In this document: positions 42,001 through 57,000 of the stretch, in pieces
How the letters are laid out: the number at the start of each line of letters is the position of its first letter
How positions within the stretch are numbered: position 1 is the stretch's first letter
Assembly (NCBI GenBank): GCA_964016885.1
Contig: OZ024743.1
Coordinates: 276,954,001-277,018,000 of the forward strand
Length of the DNA: 64,000 nucleotides
DNA from: Eledone cirrhosa
Lineage: Eukaryota
Reading direction: 5' to 3'
Notes under the pieces: model-generated
Databases searched by the model: none
Seen by the model: only the letters and a program-made list of their open reading frames with translations
What the model was told of the DNA's origin: nothing
Made by a program: the position numbers and the translations under genes

Positions 42001-45000
42001 ACTCGATAAAATTAAGATTACTGGTGTCTGATACTGGACAAAATTAAGATTACTGGTGTCTGATACTGGATAAAATTTAGATTACTTGTGTCTGATACTG
42101 CGGAAAATTAAGATTACTGGTGTCTGATACTGAGGAAAATTAAGATTACTGGTGTCTGATACTGGATAAAATTAAGATTACTGGTGTGTGATACTGGGGA
42201 AAATTAAGATTACTGGTGTCTGATACTGCGGAAAATTAAGATTACTGGTGTCTGATACTGGTTAAAATTTAGATTACTTGTGTCTGATACTGCGGAAAAT
42301 TAAGATTACTGGTGTGTGATACTGGGGAAAATTAAGATTACTGGTGTCTGATACTGGATAAAATTAAGATTACTGGTGTGTGATACTGGGGAAAATTAAG
42401 ATAACTGGTGTCTGATACTGGGGAAAATTATGATTACTGGTGTCTGATACTGGGGAAAATTAAGATTACTGCTGTCTGAAACTGGGGAAAATTAAGATTA
42501 CTGGTGTCTGATACTGGTTAAAATTTAGATTACTGGTGTCTGATACTGCGGAAAATTAATATTACTGGTGTCTGATACTGGGGAAAATTAAGATTACTGG
42601 TGTCTGATACTGGGGAAAATTAAGATTACTGGTGTCTGATACAGGGGAAAATTAAGATTACTGGTGTCTGATACTGGATAAAATTAAGAATACTGGTGTC
42701 TGATACTGGATAAAATTAAGATAACTGGTGTCTGATACAGGGGAAAATTATGATTACTGGTGTCTGATACTGGGGAAAATTAAGATTACTGGTGTCTGAT
42801 ACTGGATAAAATTAAGATTACTGGTATCTGATACTGCGGAAAATTAAGATTACTAGTGTCTGATACTGGGGAAAATTAAGATTACTGGTGTCTGATGCTG
42901 GGGAAATCAAAGATTACTGGTGTCTGATACTGGATAAAATTATGATTACTGGTGTCTGATACTGTGGAAAATTAAGATTACTGGTGTCTGATACTGGATA
43001 AAATTATGATTACCGGTGTCTGATACTGTGAAAAATTAAGATTACTGGTGTCTGATACTGGGGAAAATTAAGATTACTGGTGTCTGATACTGGTTAAAAT
43101 TTAGATTACTGGTGTCTGATACTGCGGAAAATTAAGATTACTGGTGTCTGATACTGGGGAAAATTAAGATTACTGGTGTCTAATACTGGGGAAAACTAAG
43201 ATCACTGGTGTCTGATACTGGATAAAATTAAGTTTACTGGTGTCTGATACTGGATAAAATTAAGATAACTGGTGTCTGATACTGGGGAAAATTATGATTA
43301 CTGGTGTCTGATACTGGGGAAAATTAAGATTACTGGTGTCTGATACTGGATAAAATTAAGATTACTGGTGTGTGATACTGGGGAAAATTAAGATTACTGG
43401 TGTCTGATACTGGATAAAATTAAGATTACTGGTGTCTGATACTGGATAAAATTAAGATTACTGGTGTCTGATACTGGATAAAATTAAGATTACTGGTGTC
43501 TGATACTGGACAAAATTAAGATTACTGCTGTCTGAAACTGGGGAAAATTAAGATTACTGGTGTCTGATACTGGTTAAAATTTAGATTACTTGTGTCTGAT
43601 ACTGCGGAAAATTAAGATTACTGGTGTCTGATACTGGGGAAAATTAAGATTACTGGTGTCTGATACTGGATAAAATTAAGATTACTGGTGTCTGATACTG
43701 GATAAAATTAAGATTACTGGTGTCTGATACTGGGGAAAATTAAGATTACTGGTGTCTAATACTGGGGAAAACTAAGATTAATGGTGTCTGATACAGGATA
43801 AAATTAAGATTACTGGTGTCTGATATTGGATAAAATTAAGATAACTGGTGTCTGATACTGGGGAAAATTATGATTACTGGTGTCTGATACTGGGGAAAAT
43901 TAAGATTACTGCTGTCTGAAACTGGGGAAAATTAAGATTACTGGTGTCTGATACTGGTTAAAATTTAGATTACTGGTGTCTGATAATGCGGAAAATTAAT
44001 ATTACTGGTGTCTGATACTGGGCAAAATTAAGATTACTGGTGTCTGATACTGGATAAAATTAAGATTACTGGTGTCTAATACTGGGGAAAACTAAGATTA
44101 CTGGTGTCTGATACTGGATAAAATTAAGAATACTGGTGTCTGATACTGGATAAAATTAAGATAACTGGTGTCTGATACTGGGGAAAATTATGATTACTGG
44201 TGTCTGATACTGGGGAAAATTAAGATTACTGGTGTCTGATACTGGATAAAATTAAGATTACTGGTGTCTGATACTGGATAAAATTATGATTACTGGTATG
44301 TGATACTGGGGAAAATTAAGATTACTGGTGTCTGATACAGGATAAAATTAAGATTACTGGTGTCTGATACTGGGGAAAATTAAGATTACTGGTGTATGAT
44401 ACTGGATAAAATTAAAGTTACTGGTGTCGGATACTGGATAAAATTAAGATTACTGGTGTCTGATACTGGATAAAATTAAGATTACTGGTGTCTGATACCG
44501 GGGAAAATTAAGATTACTGGTGTCTGATACTGGATAAAATTAAAGTTACTGGTGTCGGATACTGGATAAAATTAAGATTACTGGTGTCTGATACTGGATA
44601 AAATTAAGATTACTGGTGTCTGATACCGGGGAAAATTAAGATTACTGGTGTCTGATACTGGATAAAATTTAGATTACTGGTGTCTGATACTGCGGAAAAT
44701 TAAGATTACTGGTGTCTGATACTGGTTAAAATTTAGATTACTGGTGTCTGATACTGCGGAAAATTAATATTACTGGTGTCTGATACTGGGGAAAATTAAG
44801 ATTACTGGTGTCTGATACTGGATAAAATTAAGATAACTGGTGTCTGATACTGGGGAAAATTATGATTACTGGTGTCTGATACTGGGGAAAATTAAGATTA
44901 CTGGTGTCTGATACTGGATAAAATTAAGATTACTGGTGTCTGATACTGGATAAAATTATGATTACTGGTATGTGATACTGGGGAAAATTAAGATTACTGG

Positions 45001-48000
45001 TGTCTGATACAGGATAAAATTAAGATTACTGGTGTCTGATACTGGGGAAAATTAAGATTACTGGTGTATGATACTGGATAAAATTAAAGTTACTGGTGTC
45101 GGATACTGGATAAAATTAAGATTACTGGTGTCTGATACTGGATAAAATTAAGATTACTGGTGTCTGATACCGGGGAAAATTAAGATTACTGGTGTCTGAT
45201 ACTGGATAAAATTAAGATTACTGGTGTCTGATACTGGATAAAATTAGAGATTACTGGTGTCTGATACTGGATAAAATTATGATTACTGGTGTGTGATACT
45301 GGGGAAAATTAAGATTACTGGTGTCTGATACTGGATAAAATTATGATTACTGGTGTCTGATACTGGATAAAATTATGATTACTTGTGTCTGATACTGGAT
45401 AAAATTAAGATTACTGGTGTCTGATACTGGATAAAATTATGATTACTGGTGTGTGATACTGGGGAAAATTAAGATTACTGGTGTCTGATACTCGATAAAA
45501 TTAAGATTACTGGTGTCTGATACTGGACAAAATTAAGATTACTGGTGTCTGATACTGGATAAAATTTAGATTACTTGTGTCTGATACTGCGGAAAATTAA
45601 GATTACTGGTGTCTGATACTGAGGAAAATTAAGATTACTGGTGTCTGATACTGGATAAAATTAAGATTACTGGTGTGTGATACTGGGGAAAATTAAGATT
45701 ACTGGTGTCTGATACTGCGGAAAATTAAGATTACTGGTGTCTGATACTGGTTAAAATTTAGATTACTTGTGTCTGATACTGCGGAAAATTAAGATTACTG
45801 GTGTGTGATACTGGGGAAAATTAAGATTACTGGTGTCTGATACTGGATAAAATTAAGATTACTGGTGTGTGATACTGGGGAAAATTAAGATAACTGGTGT
45901 CTGATACTGGGGAAAATTATGATTACTGGTGTCTGATACTGGGGAAAATTAAGATTACTGCTGTCTGAAACTGGGGAAAATTAAGATTACTGGTATCTGA
46001 TACTGCGGAAAATTAATATTACTGGTGTCTGATACTGGGGAAAATTAAGATTACTGGTGTCTGATACTGGATAAAATTAAGATTACTGGTGTCTAATACT
46101 GGGGAAAATTAAGATTACTGGTGTCTGATACTGGATAAAATTAAGAATACTGGTGTCTGATACTGGATAAAATTAAGAATACTGGTGTCTGATACTGGAT
46201 AAAATTAAGATAACTGGTGTCTGATACAGGGGAAAATTATGATTACTGGTGTCTGATACTGGGGAAAATTAAGATTACTGGTGTCTGATACTGGATAAAA
46301 TTAAGATTACTGGTATCTGATACTGCGGAAAATTAAGATTACTAGTGTCTGATACTGGGGAAAATTAAGATTACTGGTGTCTGATGCTGGGGAAATCAAA
46401 GATTACTGGTGTCTGATACTGGATAAAATTATGATTACTGGTGTCTGATACTGTGGAAAATTAAGATTACTGGTGTCTGATACTGGATAAAATTATGATT
46501 ACCGGTGTCTGATACTGTGAAAAATTAAGATTACTGGTGTCTGATACTGGATAAAATTTAGATTACTGGTGTCTGATACTGCGGAAAATTAAGATTACTG
46601 GTGTATGATACTGGGGAAAATTAAGATTACTGGTGTCTAATACTGGGGAAAACTAAGATCACTGGTGTCTGATACTGGATAAAATTAAGTTTACTGGTGT
46701 CTGATACTGGATAAAATTAAGATAACTGGTGTCTGATACTGGGGAAAATTATGATTACTGGTGTCTGATACTGGGGAAAATTAAGATTACTTCTGTCTGA
46801 AACTGGGGAAAATTAAGATTACTGGTGTCTGATACTGGTTAAAATTTAGATTACTGGTGTCTGATACTGCGGAAAATTAAGATTACTGGTGTCTGATACT
46901 GGGGAAAATTAAGATTACTGGTGTCTGATACTGGATAAAATTAAGATTACTGGTGTCTAATACTGGGGAAAACTAAGATTACTGGTGTCTGATACTGGAT
47001 AAAATTAAGATTACTGGTGTCTGATACTGGATAAAATTAAGATAACTGGTGTCTGATACTGGGGAAAATTATGATTACTGGTGTCTGATACTGTGGAAAA
47101 TTAAGATTACTGGTGTCTGATACTGGATAAAATTAAGATTACTGGTGTCTGATACTGCGGAAAATTAAGATTACTGGTGTCTGATACTGGGGAAAATTAA
47201 GATTACTGGTGTTTGATGCTGGGGAAATCAAAGATTACTGGTGTCTGATACTGGATAAAATTATGATTACTGGTGTCTGATACTGTGGAAAATTAAGATT
47301 ACTGGTGTCTGATACTGTGGAAAATTAAGATTACTGGTGTCTGATACTGGGGAAAATTAAGATTACTGGTGTCTGATACTGGATAAAATTAAGAATACTG
47401 GTGTCTGATACTGGACAAAATTAAGATAACTGGTGTCTGATACTGGGGAAAATTATGATTACTGGTGTCTGATACTGGGGAAAATTAAGATTACTGGTGT
47501 CTGATACTGGATAAAATTAAGATTACTGGTATCTGATACTGCGGAAAATTAAGATTACTGGTGTCTGATACTGGTTAAAATTTAGATTACTGGTGTCTGA
47601 TACTGCGGAAAATTAATATTACTGGTGTCTGATACTGGGGAAAATTAAGATTACTGGTGTCTGATACTGGATAAAATTAAGATAACTGGTGTCTGATACT
47701 GGGGAAAATTATGATTACTGGTGTCTGATACTGGGGAAAATTAAGATTACTGGTGTCTGATACTGGATAAAATTAAGATTACTGGTGTCTGATACTGGAT
47801 AAAATTATGATTACTGGTATGTGATACTGGGGAAAATTAAGATTACTGGTGTCTGATACTGGATAAAATTAAGATTACTGGTGTCTGATACCGGGGAAAA
47901 TTAAGATTACTGGTGTCTGATACTGGATAAAATTAAGATTACTGGTGTCTGATACTGGATAAAATTAGAGATTACTGGTGTCTGATACTGGATAAAATTA

Positions 48001-51000
48001 TGATTACTGGTGTGTGATACTGGGGAAAATTAAGATTACTGGTGTCTGATACTGGATAAAATTATGATTACTGGTGTCTGATACTGGATAAAATTATGAT
48101 TACTGGTGTCTGATACTGGATAAAATTAAGATTACTGGTGTCTGATACTGGATAAAATTATGATTACTGGTGTGTGATACTGGGGAAAATTAAGATTACT
48201 GGTGTCTGATACTCGATAAAATTAAGATTACTGGTGTCTGATACTGGACAAAATTAAGATTACTGGTGTCTGATACTGGATAAAATTTAGATTACTTGTG
48301 TCTGATACTGCGGAAAATTAAGATTACTGGTGTCTGATACTGAGGAAAATTAAGATTACTGGTGTCTGATACTGGATAAAATTAAGATTACTGGTGTGTG
48401 ATACTGGGGAAAATTAAGATTACTGGTGTCTGATACTGCGGAAAATTAAGATTACTGGTGTCTGATACTGGTTAAAATTTAGATTACTTGTGTCTGATAC
48501 TGCGGAAAATTAAGATTACTGGTGTGTGATACTGGGGAAAATTAAGATTACTGGTGTCTGATACTGGATAAAATTAAGATTACTGGTGTGTGATACTGGG
48601 GAAAATTAAGATAACTGGTGTCTGATACTGGGGAAAATTATGATTACTGGTGTCTGATACTGGGGAAAATTAAGATTACTGCTGTCTGAAACTGGGGAAA
48701 ATTAAGATTACTGGTGTCTGATACTGGTTAAAATTTAGATTACTGGTGTCTGATACTGCGGAAAATTAATATTACTGGTGTCTGATACTGGGGAAAATTA
48801 AGATTACTGGTGTCTGATACTGGATAAAATTAATATTACTGGTGTCTGATACTGGGGAAAATTAAGATTACTGGTGTCTGATACTGGATAAAATTAATAT
48901 TACTGGTGTCTGATACTGGGGAAAATTAAGATTACTGGTGTCTGATACTGGATAAAATTAAGATTACTGGTGTCTGATACTGGATAAAATTAATATTACT
49001 GGTGTCTGATACTGGGGAAAATTAAGATTACTGGTGTCTGATACTGGATAAAATTAAGATTACTGGTATCTGATACTGCGGAAAATTAAGATTACTAGTG
49101 TCTGATACTGGGGAAAATTAAGATTACTGGTGTCTGATGCTGGGGAAATCAAAGATTACTGGTGTCTGATACTGGATAAAATTATGATTACTGGTGTCTG
49201 ATACTGTGGAAAATTAAGATTACTGGTGTCTGATACTGGATAAAATTATGATTACCGGTGTCTGATACTGTGAAAAATTAAGATTACTGGTGTCTGATAC
49301 TGGGGAAAATTAAGATTACTGGTGTCTGATACTGGTTAAAATTTAGATTACTGGTGTCTGATACTGCGGAAAATTAAGATTACTGGTGTCTGATACTGGG
49401 GAAAATTAAGATTACTGGTGTCTAATACTGGGGAAAACTAAGATCACTGGTGTCTGATACTGGATAAAATTAAGTTTACTGGTGTCTGATACTGGATAAA
49501 ATTAAGATAACTGGTGTCTGATACTGGGGAAAATTATGATTACTGGTGTCTGATACTGGGGAAAATTAAGATTACTTCTGTCTGAAACTGGGGAAAATTA
49601 AGATTACTGGTGTCTGATACTGGTTAAAATTTAGATTACTGGTGTCTGATACTGCGGAAAATTAAGATTACTGGTGTCTGATACTGGGGAAAATTAAGAT
49701 TACTGCTGTCTGATACTGGATAAAATTAAGATTACTGGTGTCTAATACTGGGGAAAACTAAGATTACTGGTGTCTGATACTGGATAAAATTAAGATTACT
49801 GGTGTCTGATACTGGTTAAAATTAAGATTACTGGTGTCTAATACTGGGGAAAACTAAGATCACTGGTGTCTGATACTGGATAAAATTAAGTTTACTGGTG
49901 TCTGATACTGGTTAAAATTAAGATAACTGGTGTCTGATACTGGGGAAAATTATGATTACTGGTGTCTGATACTGTGGAAAATTAAGATTACTGGTGTCTG
50001 ATACTGTGGAAAATTAAGATTACTGGTGTCTGATACTGGGGAAAATTAAGATTACTGGTGTCTGATACTGGATAAAATTAAGATTACTGGTGTCTGATAC
50101 TGGATAAAATTAAGATTACTGGTGTCTGATACTGGATAAAATTATGATTACTGGTATGTGATACTGGGGAAAATTAAGATTACTGGTGTCTGATACAGGA
50201 TAAAATTAAGATTACTGGTGTCTGATACTGGGGAAAATTAAGATTACTGGTGTATGATACTGGATAAAATTAAGATTACTGGTGTCTGATACTGGATAAA
50301 ATTAAGATTACTGGTGTCTGATACTGGATAAAATTAAGATTACTGGTGTGTGATACTGGGGAAAATTAAGATTACTGGTGTCTGATACTGGATAAAATTA
50401 AGATTACTGGTGTCTGATACTGGATAAAATTAAGATTACTGGTGTCTGATACTGGATAAAATTAAGATTACTGGTGTCTGATACTGGACAAAATTAAGAT
50501 TACTGCTGTCTGAAACTGGGGAAAATTAAGATTACTGGTGTCTGATACTGGTTAAAATTTACATTACTTGTGTCTGATACTGCGGAAAATTAAGATTACT
50601 GGTGTCTGATACTGGGGAAAATTAAGATTACTGGTGTCTGATACTGGATAAAATTAAGATTACTGGTGTGTGATACTGGGGAAAATTAAGATTACTGGTG
50701 TCTAATACTGGGGAAAACTAAGATTAATGGTGTCTGATAGAGGATAAAATTAAGATTACTGGTGTCTGATATTGGATAAAATTAAGATAACTGGTGTCTG
50801 ATACTGGGGAAAATTATGATTACTGGTGTCTGATACTGGGGAAAATTAAGATTACTGCTGTCTGAAACTGGGGAAAATTAAGATTACTGGTGTCTGATAC
50901 TGGTTAAAATTTAGATTACTGGTGTCTGATACTGCGGAAAATTAATATTACTGGTGTCTGATACTGGGGAAAATTAAGATTACTGGTGTCTGATACTGGA

Positions 51001-54000
51001 TAAAATTAAGATTACTGGTGTCTAATACTGGGGAAAACTAAGATTACTGGTGTCTGATACTGGATAAAATTAAGAATACTGGTGTCTGATACTGGATAAA
51101 ATTAAGATAACTGGTGTCTGATACTGGGGAAAATTATGATTACTGGTGTCTGATACTGGGGAAAATTAAGATTACTGGTGTCTGATACTGGATAAAATTA
51201 AGATTACTGGTATCTGATACTGCGGAAAATTAAGATTACTGGTGTCTGATACTGGTTAGAATTAAGATTACTGCTGTCTGATGCTGGGGAAATCAAAGAT
51301 TACTGGTGTCTGATACTGGATAAAATTATGATTACTGGTGTCTGATACTGTCGAAGATTAAGATTACTGGTGTCTGATACTGGATAAAATTATGATTACC
51401 GGTGTCTGATACTGTGGAAAATTAAGATTACTGGTGTCTGATACTGGGGAAAATTAAGATTACTGGTGTCTGATGCTGGGGAAATCAAAGATTACTGGTG
51501 TCTGATACTGGATAAAATTATGATTACTGGTGTCTGATACTGTGGAAAATTAAGATTACTGGTGTCTGATACTGGATAAAATTAAGATTACTGGTGTCTG
51601 ATACTGTGGAAAATTAAGATTACTGGTGTCTGATACTGTGGAAAATTAAGATTACTGGTGTCTGATACTGGATAAAATTAAGATTACTGGTGTCTGATAC
51701 TGGATAAAATTATTACTGGTGTCTGATACTGGGGAAAATTAAGATTACTGGTGTCTGATGCTGGGGAAATCAAAGATTACTGGTTTCTGATACTGGATAA
51801 AATTAAGATTACTGGTGTATGATACTGTTGAAAATTAAGATTACTGGTGTCTGATACTGGATAAAATTAAGATTACTGGTGTCTGATACTGCGGAAAATT
51901 AAGATTACTGGTGTCTGATACTGGGGAAAATTAAGATTTCTGGTGTCTGATGCTGGGGAAATCAAAGATTACTGGTGTCTGATACTGGGGAAATCAAAGA
52001 TTACTGGTGTCTGATACTGGATAAAATTATGGTTACTGGTGTCTGATACTGTGGAAAATTAAGATTACTGGTGTCTGATACTGTGGAAAATTAAGATTAC
52101 TGGTGTCTGATACTGGGGAAAATTAAGATTACTGGTGTCTGATACTGGATAAAATTAAGATTACTGGTGTCTGATACTGGATAAAATTAAGATTACTGGT
52201 GTCTGATACTGGATAAAATTATGATTACTTGTATGTGATACTGGGGAAAATTAAGATTACTGGTGTCTGATACTGGATAAAATTATGATTACTGGTATGT
52301 GATACTGGGGAAAATTAAGATTACTGGTGTCTGATACAGGATAAAATTAAGATTACTGGTGTCTGATACTGGGGAAAATTAAGATTACTGGTGTATGATA
52401 CTGGATAAAATTAAAGTTACTGGTGTCGGATACTGGATAAAATTAAGATTACTGGTGTCTGATACTGGATAAAATTAAGATTACTGGTGTCTGATACCGG
52501 GGAAAATTAAGATTACTGGTGTCTGATACTGGATAAAATTAAAGTTACTGGTGTCGGATACTGGATAAAATTAAGATTACTGGTGTCTGATACTGGATAA
52601 AATTAAGATTACTGGTGTCTGATACCGGGGAAAATTAAGATTACTGGTGTCTGATACTGGATAAAATTTAGATTACTGGTGTCTGATACTGCGGAAAATT
52701 AAGATTACTGGTGTCTGATACTGGTTAAAATTTAGATTACTGGTGTCTGATACTGCGGAAAATTAATATTACTGGTGTCTGATACTGGGGAAAATTAAGA
52801 TTACTGGTGTCTGATACTGGATAAAATTAAGATAACTGGTGTCTGATACTGGGGAAAATTATGATTACTGGTGTCTGATACTGGGGAAAATTAAGATTAC
52901 TGGTGTCTGATACTGGATAAAATTAAGATTACTGGTGTCTGATACTGGATAAAATTATGATTACTGGTATGTGATACTGGGGAAAATTAAGATTACTGGT
53001 GTCTGATACAGGATAAAATTAAGATTACTGGTGTCTGATACTGGGGAAAATTAAGATTACTGGTGTATGATACTGGATAAAATTAAAGTTACTGGTGTCG
53101 GATACTGGATAAAATTAAGATTACTGGTGTCTGATACTGGATAAAATTAAGATTACTGGTGTCTGATACCGGGGAAAATTAAGATTACTGGTGTCTGATA
53201 CTGGATAAAATTAAGATTACTGGTGTCTGATACTGGATAAAATTAGAGATTACTGGTGTCTGATACTGGATAAAATTATGATTACTGGTGTGTGATACTG
53301 GGGAAAATTAAGATTACTGGTGTCTGATACTGGATAAAATTATGATTACTGGTGTCTGATACTGGATAAAATTATGATTACTTGTGTCTGATACTGGATA
53401 AAATTAAGATTACTGGTGTCTGATACTGGATAAAATTAAGATTACTGGTGTGTGATACTGGGGAAAATTAAGATTACTGGTGTCTGATACTCGATAAAAT
53501 TAAGATTACTGGTGTCTGATACTGGACAAAATTAAGATTACTGGTGTCTGATACTGGATAAAATTTAGATTACTTGTGTCTGATACTGCGGAAAATTAAG
53601 ATTACTGGTGTCTGATACTGAGGAAAATTAAGATTACTGGTGTCTGATACTGGATAAAATTAAGATTACTGGTGTGTGATACTGGGGAAAATTAAGATTA
53701 CTGGTGTCTGATACTGCGGAAAATTAAGATTACTGGTGTCTGATACTGGTTAAAATTTAGATTACTTGTGTCTGATACTGCGGAAAATTAATATTACTGG
53801 TGTCTGATACTGGGGAAAATTAAGATTACTGGTGTCTGATACTGGATAAAATTAAGATTACTGGTGTCTAATACTGGGGAAAATTAAGATTACTGGTGTC
53901 TGATACTGGATAAAATTAAGAATACTGGTGTCTGATACTGGATAAAATTAAGAATACTGGTGTCTGATACTGGATAAAATTAAGATAACTGGTGTCTGAT

Positions 54001-57000
54001 ACAGGGGAAAATTATGATTACTGGTGTCTGATACTGGGGAAAATTAAGATTACTGGTGTCTGATACTGGATAAAATTAAGATTACTGGTATCTGATACTG
54101 CGGAAAATTAAGATTACTAGTGTCTGATACTGGGGAAAATTAAGATTACTGGTGTCTGATGCTGGGGAAATCAAAGATTACTGGTGTCTGATACTGGATA
54201 AAATTATGATTACTGGTGTCTGATACTGTGGAAAATTAAGATTACTGGTGTCTGATACTGGATAAAATTATGATTACCGGTGTCTGATACTGTGAAAAAT
54301 TAAGATTACTGGTGTCTGATACTGGATAAAATTTAGATTACTGGTGTCTGATACTGCGGAAAATTAAGATTACTGGTGTATGATACTGGGGAAAATTAAG
54401 ATTACTGGTGTCTAATACTGGGGAAAACTAAGATCACTGGTGTCTGATACTGGATAAAATTAAGTTTACTGGTGTCTGATACTGGATAAAATTAAGATAA
54501 CTGGTGTCTGATACTGGGGAAAATTATGATTACTGGTGTCTGATACTGGGGAAAATTAAGATTACTTCTGTCTGAAACTGGGGAAAATTAAGATTACTGG
54601 TGTCTGATACTGGTTAAAATTTAGATTACTGGTGTCTGATACTGCGGAAAATTAAGATTACTGGTGTCTGATACTGGGGAAAATTAAGATTACTGGTGTC
54701 TGATACTGGATAAAATTAAGATTACTGGTGTCTAATACTGGGGAAAACTAAGATTACTGGTGTCTGATACTGGATAAAATTAAGATTACTGGTGTCTGAT
54801 ACTGGATAAAATTAAGATAACTGGTGTCTGATACTGGGGAAAATTATGATTACTGGTGTCTGATACTGTGGAAAATTAAGATTACTGGTGTCTGATACTG
54901 GATAAAATTAAGATTACTGGTGTCTGATACTGCGGAAAATTAAGATTACTGGTGTCTGATACTGGGGAAAATTAAGATTACTGGTGTTTGATGCTGGGGA
55001 AATCAAAGATTACTGGTGTCTGATACTGGATAAAATTATGATTACTGGTGTCTGATACTGTGGAAAATTAAGATTACTGGTGTCTGATACTGTGGAAAAT
55101 TAAGATTACTGGTGTCTGATACTGGGGAAAATTAAGATTACTGGTGTCTGATACTGGATAAAATTAAGAATACTGGTGTCTGATACTGGACAAAATTAAG
55201 ATAACTGGTGTCTGATACTGGGGAAAATTATGATTACTGGTGTCTGATACTGGGGAAAATTAAGATTACTGGTGTCTGATACTGGATAAAATTAAGATTA
55301 CTGGTATCTGATACTGCGGAAAATTAAGATTACTGGTGTCTGATACTGGTTAAAATTTAGATTACTGGTGTCTGATACTGCGGAAAATTAATATTACTGG
55401 TGTCTGATACTGGGGAAAATTAAGATTACTGGTGTCTGATACTGGATAAAATTAAGATAACTGGTGTCTGATACTGGGGAAAATTATGATTACTGGTGTC
55501 TGATACTGGGGAAAATTAAGATTACTGGTGTCTGATACTGGATAAAATTAAGATTACTGGTGTCTGATACTGGATAAAATTATGATTACTGGTATGTGAT
55601 ACTGGGGAAAATTAAGATTACTGGTGTCTGATACAGGATAAAATTAAGATTACTGGTGTCTGATACTGAGGAAAATTAAGATTACTGGTGTATGATACTG
55701 GATAAAATTAAAGTTACTGGTGTCGGATACTGGATAAAATTAAGATTACTGGTGTCTGATACTGGATAAAATTAAGATTACTGGTGTCTGATACCGGGGA
55801 AAATTAAGATTACTGGTGTCTGATACTGGATAAAATTAAGATTACTGGTGTCTGATACTGGATAAAATTAGAGATTACTGGTGTCTGATACTGGATAAAA
55901 TTATGATTACTGGTGTGTGATACTGGGGAAAATTAAGATTACTGGTGTCTGATACTGGATAAAATTATGATTACTGGTGTCTGATACTGGATAAAATTAT
56001 GATTACTGGTGTCTGATACTGGATAAAATTAAGATTACTGGTGTCTGATACTGGATAAAATTATGATTACTGGTGTGTGATACTGGGGAAAATTAAGATT
56101 ACTGGTGTCTGATACTCGATAAAATTAAGATTACTGGTGTCTGATACTGGACAAAATTAAGATTACTGGTGTCTGATACTGGATAAAATTTAGATTACTT
56201 GTGTCTGATACTGCGGAAAATTAAGATTACTGGTGTCTGATACTGAGGAAAATTAAGATTACTGGTGTCTGATACTGGATAAAATTAAGATTACTGGTGT
56301 GTGATACTGGGGAAAATTAAGATTACTGGTGTCTGATACTGCGGAAAATTAAGATTACTGGTGTCTGATACTGGTTAAAATTTAGATTACTTGTGTCTGA
56401 TACTGCGGAAAATTAAGATTACTGGTGTGTGATACTGGGGAAAATTAAGATTACTGGTGTCTGATACTGGATAAAATTAAGATTACTGGTGTGTGATACT
56501 GGGGAAAATTAAGATAACTGGTGTCTGATACTGGGGAAAATTATGATTACTGGTGTCTGATACTGGGGAAAATTAAGATTACTGCTGTCTGAAACTGGGG
56601 AAAATTAAGATTACTGGTGTCTGATACTGGTTAAAATTTAGATTACTGGTGTCTGATACTGCGGAAAATTAATATTACTGGTGTCTGATACTGGGGAAAA
56701 TTAAGATTACTGGTGTCTGATACTGGATAAAATTAATATTACTGGTGTCTGATACTGGGGAAAATTAAGATTACTGGTGTCTGATACTGGATAAAATTAA
56801 TATTACTGGTGTCTGATACTGGGGAAAATTAAGATTACTGGTGTCTGATACTGGATAAAATTAAGATTACTGGTGTCTGATACTGGATAAAATTAATATT
56901 ACTGGTGTCTGATACTGGGGAAAATTAAGATTACTGGTGTCTGATACTGGATAAAATTAAGATTACTGGTATCTGATACTGCGGAAAATTAAGATTACTA

